DNA of 64,000 bases. Source: Stegostoma tigrinum. Its lineage: Eukaryota. The first letter of the stretch is position 1. Every line of letters begins with the position of its first letter. The DNA lies in assembly GCF_030684315.1 (NCBI RefSeq), contig NC_081382.1:24918276-24982275 (forward strand), given 5' to 3'. Of this stretch, positions 25,228-37,562 are shown in pieces. The translations under genes were made by a program, and so were the position numbers. The notes beneath the pieces are model-generated. The model was not told the DNA's origin, did no database searches, and was given only the letters and a program-made list of their open reading frames with translations.

Positions 25228-25460
25228 GAGATAACAAGGTGTAGAGCTGGATGAACACAGCAGGCCAAGCAGCATCAGAGGAGCAGGAAGGCTGATGTTT
25301 CCAGCCTAGACCCTGAAGAAGGGTCAAAATTTTCTGAAGAAGGGTATAGGCCCGAAACGTCAGCCTTCCTGCTCCTCTGATGCTGCTTGGCCTGCTGTGT
25401 TCATCCAGCTCTACACCTTGTTATCTCAGATTCTTCAGCATCTGCAGTTCCTACTATCTC
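25228..25460. mobile_element. Fold-back Penelope-derived element with an intact + strand hammerhead core and a 14-bp TSD
   Basis: tacccagacatgct at 25214-25227 and 25461-25474; ~85-bp inverted arms; CTGAAGA-A-GGGT-ATAG-GCCC-GAAAC-GTC at 25334-25361. Confidence 0.85.
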
Positions 25461-26029
25461 TACCCAGACATGCTACTGTGTGATCACTTGTAGTTAATAT
25501 GTATTTCTGCACTCAGCATAATTTCCGGTCTCTCCATTGGTAATGGAAATTCTTTCTCTCCCAGATGCTTCCAGTTGAGATTTAGAACTCTGAGAAATGT
25601 ACAGCCTGACCACTGTGCAGCAACATATAATTTCACTGTATCTTACATTTGATGTTTGACACTTCATGCAAATCAAAGTGAATTTTTCCATCATGGCCAC
25701 AGACACATTCAGGTTCATTAATGAACTGAACACAATCAACAAAGCTGAATTGGTTTCGGCAAATTATTTTGTGGCCAATTATTCAAAAATCCAACATAGG
25801 ACATCACATCTTTCAATTAGTAACCCAGACCTGGGTAAATTTAGTCTTTGTCAGCACTTATAAAGTGACTCACTTTTTTCTCATGACCAAGACTTCACAG
25901 GTCCAAGTTTGGTTAGAAAATGGTATTGAGATTTATTCATTGATTATAATCTAATAAATCTGATATGCCTTTGCTTGTCCTATAGCAATAACATTCACGT
26001 AAACCACAATAGGCAACATCCCATTCTAG

Positions 26030-26449
26030 GCAACAAAGTGTGGAACTGGATGAACACAGCAGGCCAAGCAGCATCTCAGGAGCACAAAAGCTAATGTTCT
26101 GGGCCTAGACCCTACATCGGAGAGGGTTCTAGAATAAATCGGGAGAGAGGGGAGAGAGGCTACCTACTAACCTCATCCCACCTCCTTGACCTGTCTGTCT
26201 TCCCTGGACTGACCTATTCCCTCCCTACCTCCTCACCTATATTCTCCTCTCCACCTATCTTCTTTTCTTTCCATCTTCGGTCTGCCTCCCCCTCTCTCCC
26301 TATTTATTCCAGAACCTTCTCCCCATCCCCCTCTCTGATGAAGGGTCTAGGCCCGGAACATCAGCTTTTGTGCTCCTGAGATGCTGCTTGGCCTGCTGTG
26401 TTCATCCAGCTCCACACTCTGTTATCTTGGATTCTCCAGCATCTGCAGT
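26030..26449. mobile_element. Longer fold-back Penelope-derived element with a pyrimidine-rich spacer and an 11-bp TSD
   Basis: tcccattctag at 26019-26029 and 26450-26460. The inverted arms extend past the hammerhead core (agaataaatcgggagagagggg / ccccctctctccctatttattc). Confidence 0.8.
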
Positions 26450-28849
26450 TCCCATTCTAGACATGTCGGTGTGAGTTATCACGCTGATCTCCCTGACTTT
26501 TGCTGAGCTCACCTGTTAGTTTGTTTTCTCCCTCTGTTTTTTGTTAACTAAAGATAAATCAAATCATGGAAAATATGGAATTTGAACCTTGTAATTCACA
26601 TTATCACTGCACACAAAAGACGGTTGCCACTTGCTTTATCCATATTGTGCAATGTGTAGATAAGCATCTTACTTTGCATAAAAGGTAACACCTGAATAAA
26701 AACACAGCCTCACTTGCCCAGGCAGCTGTATTATACTTTGAGATATTTTGGATTAACTTCATCCAATTCTAGTGACATAATTACATTGGTAGTGACCTAA
26801 TTCTTGCCAGATTGTGAGCTGCTAAATTGCTTTTGAAATTCAGTAAACTGCTGATCAGAGTAAACACCTCAAAATCTGTGCTGTTGTCATGTTTGCAATG
26901 TGAATTACTTACATTTATATCTCATGTTTCACTCTTTTTAAACCATGAGTCATTTTCAGTAAGCTGATTAGGTCCATCCACAATAAATTGAAAATACTGC
27001 ACACACATTACTCACTAGCCTTGAAGCTCATCAACATGATGTGGATTTTACAATAAAATCCACAATCTAAGTTGGGTTTATCCACATTACTGACATTGCC
27101 ATTTTAATTTTATAAAGTGTGATAAAATTTAAATCATATTGAATTAGTTAACACAGATTAAAAATAATTATGCTGGATTAATATCTGAAAGACAATAGTT
27201 TCTCCGAAGTTTAACAATATTTAAAATTTCAAGAAGCAGAACATTAATTAAAAAGGCCTTGAGTTTGCAGATCAGAATTCATTATATACAGCAGAAAAAA
27301 CACAGGCAGTATCAAATCCATCTCCTGTTCTACATGATGCCCTGCATTCAGATCCAGCATAGTCAATCAAACATAGTTTAGGTTGGAAAAATATCAAACA
27401 CCTTGTCCAATAACATCTACCTCGTATTAGCACCCAAGTCAAATTTCTACCCCAATAGAGTCTGGCTTTTAGCTGGGACTCTCCATGAGGTCACTCCAGC
27501 TGCAGGGTGGACATTTCATCGCTAGGCGGTGAACAATAATTGACCCAGACCCCTGCTTAGAATTTGCACCAGGAGTGCCTTTTGTCAGATTTTGACAGCA
27601 GAGTTGCTATTTTCACCTGTCCCAAAAGAGATAACTGGTACAGGGAGATCTTTAAAAAGTGTGCACCAAATAAAAAAAATTGCAGTAAATCAAAGGATTC
27701 TTCATAATCTAATATCTTATTAGAATCCCTAAAAGGTATATCAAAGGATACTTCATAATTAAATATATATAAAACCCATAAAAATGGAAACACCCTCTCA
27801 ATATTTTGCTAATATATTCACTGAATGAATCATTGTGAGCTGACCCTTTGGTTCTGTTCAATGTTGAGAAAAGCAATGCATGGTAATAAAACCAACGAGC
27901 TGCAATGAATGGTGACAGAAGGGAAAACAGATAGGTAATCATTGAAAGCTACTTCAAATCTGCTAAAAAACTTAGGTGCCTACCCTCCCAGAACGGAATC
28001 ACGTATCAGATTTGCAGTCGTTATCCATTCTAAATCAACTGCACATGACTATATTTTATTGTCATGCTCAAACAAACATTTTATTCCTGTATCAAACAGA
28101 GAAGATGCCAAAATATGGATTCACAGCAATGCTTCGTGCTCACGTTAATTTCAAAACATGTTTAAGTAAGTAATTACTCAAAGACTATTGCCATCCAGTG
28201 TCTCAACTGTGTTCATATACAAATTGTGCTCAGCATGACGACTGGTTCTGTAGCCTCAGATCATACCTGCCTGTCATTCTTCAGTGACCAAACAAAGGCA
28301 TTGAAACTATGGAAAAAAACACATCCTCTTGAGAGCATTTTATTGACTGAGTTGAAGCACATTCTAAACTACATAAACATTGACACTTACTTTCTCCACA
28401 GCGCAAGAGCAATGTACCAGCGATAATTCTGTGACATTCTATAGTCATCGTAGTTAAGATTTCCCATCAGCTACTCAAAATAAGGTCATCTGATCATCAG
28501 ATGTGTTTCATCTGAAGCAGTTGATGTCCCCATGGATCCCTTAGGATGGAAAAACCGTACAGAGCTGTCACTGTATCAGGATTCCACACATTTGGTCTTT
28601 CACTTGATAGTGTTTTCCCTCTTTACAGAAGAAAATATCTCATTTTGAAGTTAATTTCACAAGATTATAGTAGGCACACACAACCTTAATTGTAGATGTT
28701 ATATAAAGACGCATTTATCTTTTTTGCTTCATTGTCAAAATGTTTAGATTGAAACCAAATGGTCGCATTCTTGCTAATGCATTCATTGTCGTAACTTGTG
28801 CAGAACAAGCCTACATAATCATTGGTGGGAATATTTACACTTTTTTAAA

Positions 28850-29005
28850 TTCGATCACAAGTTGTGCGTGTTTCTGGCCAGGTCATCACTTGTTGCCCAG
28901 CCCTAATTGCCCAGAGAGCAGTTAAGAATTAATTGCATTGCTGTGGGACTACAGTCACATGGTAGCCAGACCAGAAAAGAGTGGCAGATATTTTTGTCTA
29001 AATAA
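28850..29005 (-). mobile_element. SINE/LINE-tail fragment related to 41090-41395
   Basis: ttgcccagccctaattgccc..gagcagttaag..cattgctgtggg..cagtcacat is the reverse complement of that SINE's 3' part. Confidence 0.55.
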
Positions 29006-29121
29006 TATTTTGTAACTATCTGGTTTAGAGATATTATTGCATACCTCTGGAGGAGGCAGGATTTGAACCCAGGCCTCCTGGCTCAGAGGTAGGGATAATA
29101 CCACTGTCCCACAAGATCCCT
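29006..29121 (-). mobile_element. Monomer of the ~115-bp tRNA-derived SINE seen in tandem at 10798-11298
   Basis: Reverse strand reads gggatcttgtgggacagtgg..ccctacctctgagccaggaggcctgggttcaaatcc..ccagaggtatgcaataa. Confidence 0.7.
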
Positions 29122-29204
29122 TACATGAACAATAATACTAATATCATGTGAAGCAAATGACCTTCCATAAAACGAATAGTAAAGTAAGTTGAATTATAGT
29201 ATAG

Positions 29205-29295
29205 ATAATAAAATGTGAGGCTGGATGAACACAGCAGGCCCAGCAGCATCTCAGGAGCACAAAAGCTGACGTTTCGGGCCTGGACCCTTCATCTC
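29205..29295 (-). mobile_element. Short Penelope-derived hammerhead element with a 16-bp TSD
   Basis: ttgaattatagtatag at 29189-29204 and 29296-29311; nearly identical to 6711-6807, but truncated inside CTGATGA. Confidence 0.8.
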
Positions 29296-30439
29296 TTGAA
29301 TTATAGTATAGCTGAGTTGCAGAAGGAGAGAAGTTTACATTCTAAGCTCCATAGTTGGAGAATATGAGAACTGGGGGAATTCTGACTCAATGTGGATACT
29401 CTTAAGATGCCAGAAATGCCCATTTTGAACAAGGAATTGGCAAGCTCAGGAAAGTTGGAGAAGATTTGAAGGGACAACCCTGTCAGGATTGACCAGAAGG
29501 GTGAAGAAATTGCAGCACATGGCCAAATTATTGACAGTTCCAAGATCAAGTGATTAATTTTTCAAGTTTAGGGGTGTGACCCAAAGTGCACAAAGGGAAG
29601 TGGAGTTAAGACATTTGATTTGGAGTATAAATAGTCATATCCATGTTTTTGTTTGTCTTTTATGTAAAGTCCCATTTAAGATAGAGAACATTTACAGCTC
29701 AGACTGTTTGGTCTTTGTGTTGTAAAATTTTTTCACTTAACAATGAACCTTGTGGCTTCATGCATTTCGTGAATACCTGGGATTTTTTTTGGTTTATCTT
29801 ACTGGTCTCTCCCAATATCATAACATTAAACAGAATAACAGAAACTTGAATTGGCATCCAATGGCAGTAACTGTTAAAGTTTTAAAATATTTCTAAGTCA
29901 AATTATTGAATGAACAGTACAAATCCCTTATTGTGTGCTAAATGGGTCTTTGGGATTCTTTATTGTCTTAAAAAGTATGATCAAAGATTTAGTGGAAATG
30001 GATTTTTTTCAACAATAATTTGCAATGGAAGAGGTTTAAGTATGGATTGGAATGACTCAAAACTGAATGTGGAAACCTACTTTGAAATGTAGTTTCTGTT
30101 AGAAAGCTACACTAAAGATATTGTTCAAATATTAGTCAACCACATATCTTTAGTGATGAACATTTAAGGATTTGTATACAGCTAGTGAGAAATTTGATCA
30201 TAACATTGCTAAAATTTCTTTTATCCAACTGTGAAGTCTACATCCAATTGCCTTGAAAGTCATGCCACACATTCGCAGAGATTGATTTTTGAGCCCAAGC
30301 ACACATGCACTATTTCTCAAACATCCTTTCTTTTAGACAAGTACCCATGAAATTTGTCTGAAAACATCTAGAAGATGACACATCCTCACCCACTCTTGGT
30401 ACTTCTGTTTCTCCCATGCTGCAAATTGCCCAGTACCAC

Positions 30440-30740
30440 ATCTGTAAATAATTTGAAGATGGCAGGACAGATTGGGAACATGGTTAATGAAGCATATGCT
30501 ATCTTGAGCTTTATCGACAAGTTAGTAAAGAGCAAAAACACAGACGCTTTCGGAAACCTGTATAACATACTGGATCAGACTCAACTGGAGTCTAGTTCTG
30601 GGGATAACACTTTAAGAAGAATATGAAAGCATTAGAGAGGGTGCAGAAAAATCTCAAGAGTTGATTCAGGGATAAGAACATTCACTTCTGGTGAAAGAAT
30701 TGAGAATTTGGGACTGCTCTTCTTGGAGAAGTAAAAGATC
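30440..30740 (+). mobile_element. Old CR1 RT 3' fragment
   Basis: The ORF 30375 remnant MVNEAYAILSFI..LYNIL..QLE aligns by eye to VVKKAYGVLAFI..LYKTLVRPHLE of the young CR1s. Confidence 0.7.
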
Positions 30741-30754
30741 AAAGTATTTTTATA

Positions 30755-31310
30755 TTCATTCACAGGACGTGGGTGTCACTGGCTATGCCAGCATTTATTG
30801 CCCATCCTGAATTGTTCTTGAGACAAGGTGAGCTGCCTTCTGACCATTGCAATCCATGTGCAATAGGTAGGTTCACAGTGCTGTTAGGAAGAAGATCTAA
30901 GAATTTGGTCCTAGCAATACTGTAAGAATGGTGGTATATTTCCAGGTCAGGGTAGTGCATGGTTAGGTGGGCATTTGTAGATAGTGGGTTCGCTGTCTGT
31001 TGCACTGTCTGTCCGGTTGAAGTCATGGATTTAGAAGGTGCTGCTTAAGAAGTCAGGGCTTCAGTGCATTTTGTTGATAGTATATGCTATTGCTACTATG
31101 TATCAGTGGTGGAGGGAATGAAGGATAAGTTTTTGAATGGAATGTCAAACAGGTGGGCTGCTTTGTTCTGGATGGTGTCAAGCTTCGTGAGCTGTTGGAG
31201 TTGCACTACTCTCTGGGCAAATGGGGAGTATTCCATCAAATTCCTGATTTGTACCTTGTGGAAGGTGGACAGGCTTTGGGGAGTCACGAGGTGAGCTGGC
31301 TGCTGCAAAC
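30755..31310 (-). mobile_element. Decayed LINE 3' fragment (CR1/L2 superfamily)
   Basis: ORF remnant LTPQSLSTFHKVQIRNLMEYSP..KLDTIQNKA; same family as 48205-48660; ends in a tgaatgaat tail. Confidence 0.7.
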
Positions 31311-32582
31311 CTCCCTGCCTGTAACCTGCAGTCGCAACTTGAGAGCCAGATGGGGAGTTTCCACCTCAGAACGAGATGACAATCTCTAAGTGATGGAGCT
31401 CCTCCATTTTGAAATGCACCCCTTCCTTCAACATTTAAAAATTCTTATGTGAGAAATGGCCTCAATCCTTGTGAGGGTGTTACCACACGGGGGTAGTCTA
31501 TGGCTGTAGTTGAAGCCAGGATGGTGGAGAAGGCCTCACGGCATGCCTGAAGCTGGCACCCTGGAATGCTTTCTGCACCTTACCTAGTCCATGAAGGCTG
31601 AGGCGTTTGTTGCCCCTGCCTGCTCCCCCGTGGGGGTGAGAGCGATAACATACTTCACTTCTATGATACAGCTCATCAGAACTAAAGGACAATTGTCAAC
31701 CTGAAATGTAGGCTCTGTTTTTTTCTCCCTCACAGGTGCTGACAAACCCATTGAACACTTCCAAGTTTTAATCTACATCTTAGAAAAATTGAGTTGCAGA
31801 GCTTCAGTTAGTCTTGTATAAAATTATTAGAAATGATTAGATATTAAAATATGGATGTAATGAATTAAGACATCTTCTCAGACCAGACCAAAGCTAATTA
31901 GTAGCATTCACAATACAAGGTATGAGTCAAACTGTCAAAAATAAATGGATGAAAATTTATGAGAATGATCATTTTTATGGGCTTTTATGTGTATGGAGCA
32001 TCATTTCCATATATTTGCACATTGAGATGGACAGTAAGATTCAGAATATTGTCGTGCTGAAAGTCATGCGTGAACATGACTGTTGACATATAGGGTTACC
32101 TGGACATTTGAAATATGACCCTAATTTACAAAGAGTGAGTTGATATTTTAATTTCCGGCTGTAGCAGTTCCATTGTCAGGCATCTGGTTGTACAATAACC
32201 AAGTTAAACCACTTTTATTCAGTAATTCCCCAAAGGTCCAATTTTCATAGTAACTGCACAGTAAACAGAAGCAGAAGCATAAATCTAAGTGGGTTTCAAA
32301 TACTGCACACTGAACAGATATAAACAACATTAAATAAGGGTTAGACACTTCCCATAAACACAGACAAAAATCATAGAAATTGCTACTCAGACGGAATCAC
32401 TTCAGTCCCTTTTGTCAGTGCCCCTGTTGACAGCATAAATGGAGCTTTCAACATCACTCCCATTTCTCTGCTGTTTATTCCATGGCCTTATTATTCCTAC
32501 TCTTCAAATGTTACTGTAATTTCTCATTTAATGTTGTGATTGATTCAACTAATAACAGTGTTATTGCATCCTGTAGTCGAAT

Positions 32583-35340
32583 TATCATATTCTTGTATTG
32601 CCTTTCTTTGCCACTGTCATACCAGATTGGTATGTAATGTAGGTTCAATTTTCTTGAAAACTTCAAACAGGCTTACTTAACAGACAAACTGATAGTCTGC
32701 AGTTACATTGCAACCTACCTACAGCACCTTTGTGTAACTGCTGCTGCTTGGACTAAGCATGGCTTCTTGTCATGTGCATTGATGTTTGACTTTTTAACAT
32801 ACTCACTTCATAAAACAGTCACAAAACTTTCCGGTTTTCCTTCCAAGACAAAAATTACATGCACTAAGGATGAAAATGTGTAAACCTAAAGCTGTTGTAA
32901 AACCACTTACATAGAAAGCAGAATAATTATATTTGAATTTGAGTCTTAGGGTATTTGTAGCAGAAAGGTCGCTTGACAATCCTTCCAGATCTCGCAATAG
33001 TATAACGTTCTCAATTCAAACGTGGACAGTCACATCATAGAACATAGAACATAGAACATAGAACAGTACAGCACAGAACAGGCCCTTCAGCCCACAATGT
33101 TGTGCCGACCATTGATCCCCATGTATGCACCCTCAAATTTGTGTGACCATATGCATGTCCAGCAGTCTCTTAAATGTCCCCCATGACCTTGCTTCCACAA
33201 CTACTGCTGGCAACATGCTCTCCACGCTCTCACAACTCTCTGTGTAAAGAACCCGCCTCTGACATCCCCTCTATACTTTCCTCCAACCAGCTTAAAACTA
33301 TGACCCCTCGTCTTAGCCATTTCTGCCCTGGGAAATAGTCTCTGGCTATCAACTCTATCTATGCCTCTCATTATCTTGTATACCTCAATTAGGTCCCCTC
33401 TCCTCCTCCTTTTCTCCAATGAAAAAAGTCCGAGCATAGTCAACCTCTCTTCATAAGATAAGCCCTCCAGTCCAGGCAGCATCCTGGTAAACCTCCTCTG
33501 AACCCTCTCCAAAGCATCCACGTCTTTCCTATAATAGGGCGACCAGAACTGGATGCAGTATTCCAAGTGCGGTCTAACCAAAGTTTTATAGAGCTGCAAC
33601 AAGATCTCACAACTCTTAAACTCAATCCCCCTGCTAATGAAAGCCAAAACACCATATGCTTTCTTAACAACCCTGTCCACTTGGGTGGCCATTTTAAGGG
33701 ATCTATGTATCTGCACACCAAGATCCCTCTGTTCCTCCACACTGCCAAGAATCCTATCCTTAATCCTGTACTCAGCTTTCAAATTCGACCGTCCAAAATG
33801 CATCACCTCGCATTTATCCAGGTTGAACTCCATCTGCCACCTCTCAGCCCATCTCTGCATCCTGTCAATGTCCCGCTGCAGCCTACAACAGCCCTCTACA
33901 CTGTCAACGACACCTCCGACCTTTGTGTCGTCTGCAAACTTGCTGACCCATCCTTCAATCCCCTCATCCAAGTCATTAATAAAAATTACAAACAGTAGAG
34001 GCCCAAGGACAGAGCCCTGTGGAACACCACTCACCACTGACTTCCAGGCAGAATATTTTCCTTCTACTACCACTCGCTGTCATATATCTCTCTTGCTGAC
34101 TTGCATGTTGGATGTCATGATGGTCTTCCACGTCTTCAATATTTGAACATATCTTTGTTTACGTTCCATGATCCACATGCATATCTTTCTTAACTCTGAC
34201 TAGTAGGATACTTGCACTAGCTCCCATGTCAAGTTTGGTCTTGCTTGTGTGTTTACCTGTTTTCTTTGGGCATATGATGTTAGTGACAAGAGCTTCTAAC
34301 CATTTGATTCTATGCACAGTTTGAGGACTATTTTCTGTTGGTCCTCAATGTTGCTCTGTTGCACTGTGCCTGCATCAGATCTAGGCTCCCAGCACAATTC
34401 AGATACTTCTGCAGGTAGCCCTGTTCCTTTGGCTACTCCTCCGGCATTTCCCATATCAATCTGGTTGGCTTTAAACAGACCTGAAGTGTTGATTCTCATT
34501 TCCAATTGCCATCCTTATCTTGACTGCTTACTTATCCAGGTTAGCAATAAATCTAAAAAGGGAAGTTTTACCATTATGTTTAAAATGTTGAGGATCAGAT
34601 GGGGACCTGTGGCTTTCCAATTCCTGCCAAGGAGTTTGGTAGTCATCTTCCAAACATTCTATGTATTTTGCAAATATTATCAATGCGTAGAGGATTTACA
34701 ATAAATAGACTATAAAGTTATGTGAAAATTCATCATGCAGCTACTTAATTCTATTGAGTTTTTAGACACATTCTTCACTATGCTGTTTTCAACTGCGGCT
34801 CAAATTTTACTATTCAATGCACTTTTTCATTGTTTCATGAGACCGGCATCCAAGGTTATCTTGATCCTGCAGAATCTGTAGCTCAACTGGGAACTGTCTC
34901 ACTGTCCATATAGATCACCACTCTGGTCAGCTGACAAATCAAGGACTTACTGTTCAGCCAGTGCTACTTACAAAATGATTTATTTCCCCCCAGGGAACTT
35001 GGTAAAAATATAACTTGCATAGCTTCACATCTTGCCTGTGGCTTTTCCCAGGCATTTTCAAGTCCTCATCACTGTATTTGCATTTTAAGAAAAATCTCTG
35101 CTGATCACCATGTCCTATTCCTACACTGTTTCTCTTGACACAGATTTGACATTCTCATATGGATGTGTAGTTTAATTTACTTGAAAATCTCAAACAGGAT
35201 TACTTAACGGACAAACCAATAACTTGCAATCACAAAGCAACTTCTGTGTACATCCTTAGTTCGCTGTGCTGCTAGTTAGACACCTCATGCTTGCTGGTCA
35301 TGTGGTGCCATCCTGAGCTCATTGACAATAATTAATAACA
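32583..35340 (-). mobile_element. Internally deleted Gypsy-type LTR retrotransposon fossil hosting a CR1 insertion
   Basis: Diverged direct repeats ~32583-32799 and ~35111-35340. PBS-like TGGTGATCAG (reverse complement of 35101-35110), protease remnant KLDMGASASIL (34204-34236) and pol C-terminal RSGRIVKRP (32966-32992). Confidence 0.65.
33037..34080 (-). mobile_element. Young 5'-truncated CR1 LINE with an open RT C-terminal frame (ORF 33201-34073)
   Basis: SGVPQGSVLGPLLF, KFADDTK and LVRPHLEYC motifs; (CATAGAA)4 tail at 33037-33064. Confidence 0.95.
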
Positions 35341-35341
35341 C

Positions 35342-35462
35342 GAAGAACTTTGGATGCTGGTGATATGAAACAAACAAAAATGGAAGTTTCTGGGGAGACT
35401 CAGCAGCATCTGTGGACAGAAAAACAGAGTTAACGTTTTGATTCCAGTGACCCTCCTTCAGT
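35342..35462 (-). mobile_element. Penelope-derived short element (second subfamily)
   Basis: gaagaactttggatgctgg..cagagttaacgttttgattccagtgaccctccttcag, with a decayed hammerhead on the - strand. Confidence 0.6.
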
Positions 35463-36465
35463 ACTAGCATACTAAGCTCCCAAAGCAGTAACATAATATT
35501 AATTAATTTTTGTGTGGGATGGGTCTTTATTTCCTCTTTATACTTCTACTTCTACTATCACTGAAGTCTGTGATTTGTTCTTAATGATTTACCAACCAGA
35601 CAAAATAATCTTCCATCTTTTATCACCTCAAACCGTGTAATTTTTTTAAAAAATCACTTCTCCAGATCTTCTCAAGCAAATACAGTACCTTTTTAAAAAC
35701 TTGAATCATACATAAATCTCTCTCATTCTTGGTTTTATCTGAAGAGCCTAAATTGTACATTTTCAATAGCTCCAAAGTCATTGCTGTAACAGAAGCTGTA
35801 TACAGGCATGGCTTTATCAACATTATATTTAGAATCATTACCATGTTTTGTATTCAACACATCCAGAAATAAAATGCAAAGTATTAGTGTGCTTTTTATT
35901 CCCTTCTGCCTGTAATATTCCTTTTGTTTGTTTGCACTCTTTGATCTGCCTGTCCTTCCCTTCTGTAAGAATGAATCATGCAGAGATTATTTACATTTGT
36001 AATTCTTGTTTCCAGAATCTGTACTTGATACTTTATTTGCTTTGAACTACATATGTGCATGCAGCCTGTTCCTTATTCTTTCCATGCAATTCCAAACAAA
36101 TATTGTAATGACAATTAAAAATCATTTCTTACTTCCTGTGAAAGTAAAATTGCATTCTACATTTCTCAAGACCTTTTGACCCAACATTATTCCAAGTGTT
36201 ATTGTTTAGACTTACAAAGTTACACTATGGTAATGTTAAGGCCTCCATAATTTAACTTTTCACCAATATGACATTGAGACAAGCAACACAAATGATTTTG
36301 AAAAATTAATTTTGCCCATGTTTCTGGTTTTGAATTCAACTTAAATTTGTGCACAGTGGAAGACATCTTTGCAAATACAATTCAAATTAGACAGGACTCG
36401 TTACCATAAATTGTGTAAGGCAAATATTTGAAAGATTTTCAATCAATTTGATTTAATTGGCATAT

Positions 36466-36655
36466 TAAAACCAAAAGAACTGTGGATGCTGTAAATCAGG
36501 AACAAAAACAAAGTTGCTGGAAAAGCTCAGCAGGTCTGGCAGCGTTTGTGAAGGAGAAAACAGAGTTAACATTTCGGGCCCAGTGACCCTTCCTCAGTTC
36601 TGAGGCTGATGCTGCTAGACCTGCTGAGGTTTTCCAGCAACTTTGTTTTAGTTCC
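36466..36655. mobile_element. Fold-back Penelope-derived element (second subfamily) with a 17-bp TSD
   Basis: tgatttaattggcatat at 36449-36465 and 36656-36672. The reverse complement of 36568-36597 is CTGAGGA-A-GGGTC-ACTG-GGCCC-GAAAT-GTT. Confidence 0.8.
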
Positions 36656-36714
36656 TGATTTAATTGGCATATCAGTAAGTCGTTGGGTCAAAGCTTTATA
36701 TTTAAGTCTGTTTC

Positions 36715-36731
36715 TCACACGCACGCACGCA

Positions 36732-36784
<53 letters not shown>

Positions 36785-36788
36785 ACAC
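36715..36788. repeat. (CACG)n(CA)n microsatellite
   Basis: Read directly. Confidence 0.97.
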
Positions 36789-36924
36789 CCTCTATTGAAG
36801 CCATTTGAAGATTATTAAACTACAAGATCCAGTAAACTACAAGATATGGTTAAAGCATTGGTCGATAAAAATGTATTTGCAAGTCTCAGAGAGGAATTAA
36901 AATATATCTTGTTTCCTGATGCTT

Positions 36925-37370
36925 GGAGGGTTTTTTTTTCTGTCTTTATTCAGTAATGGGATGTGGGTGTCACTGGGTGAGCCAGTATTTATTGCCTGAC
37001 CCTTGTTGCCCTGGAGAAGGTGCTGTTGAGTTAGTTGTCTTCTTGAACTGCTGCAGTCAATGCGTTGTCGATAAATACACCATGCCATTAGAGAGGGAGT
37101 TCCAATATTTGATCTAGTGATGTTGAAGAAACGGTAGTATTTTGCAAATCGGAATGGTGAGTGGCTTGGAGGGAAACTTGCAGATGGCAGGCTCACAGTT
37201 CCTATTTTATTAATCCATAATACAGATAACTAAAAAGGGACAATACCTGTGTATTTTTCATTGACTCGTGGGCTGCGTGTGTCGCTTGTTGGGTCAGAAT
37301 GTGTTGCCTGTCCTAGTTACTCTTGAGAAGCTGGTGGTAAACTGCCTTCCTGAATTGCAGCGGTCCGTGA
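36925..37370 (-). mobile_element. Two 3' fragments of the LINE family at 30755
   Basis: gatgtgggtgtcactgg..ccagtatttattgcc..gaaggtgctgttgag, with a second start near 37260. Confidence 0.6.
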
Positions 37371-37371
37371 A

Positions 37372-37562
37372 AGCAAAATACTGCAAATAGTGAAAAAAAA
37401 ACTGGAAATAGTTTGCAGGTCAGGCAGCACCTGGGAGAGTGAAACAGAGTTAACCTTTCGAGTCTGATGTGATGCTACTTCCAAGTGTTCTTCAGAGTTT
37501 AAACTCTGTTTCTTTCCACAGTTGCTGCCTGAATGCTGAGTATTTTTGACGTTTTGTTTTCA
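37372..37562. mobile_element. Old fold-back Penelope-derived element
   Basis: Inverted arms caggcagcacctgggagagtgaaacagagtt / aactctgtttctttccacagttgctgcctg. Confidence 0.55.

Noticed and set aside
25228-25460. MITE or pre-miRNA interpretation of the palindromic elements
   Set aside because: Variable 11-17-bp TSDs, unequal arms, single-arm copies and the hammerhead core fit Penelope-type retro-insertion better than TIR transposons or miRNA genes.
33440-34146. Overlapping ORFs 33440-33748, 33567-33998 and 33637-34146 (likewise 55650-55992 and 21811-23234)
   Set aside because: They are alternate-frame or antisense shadows of CR1 and Penelope coding sequence.
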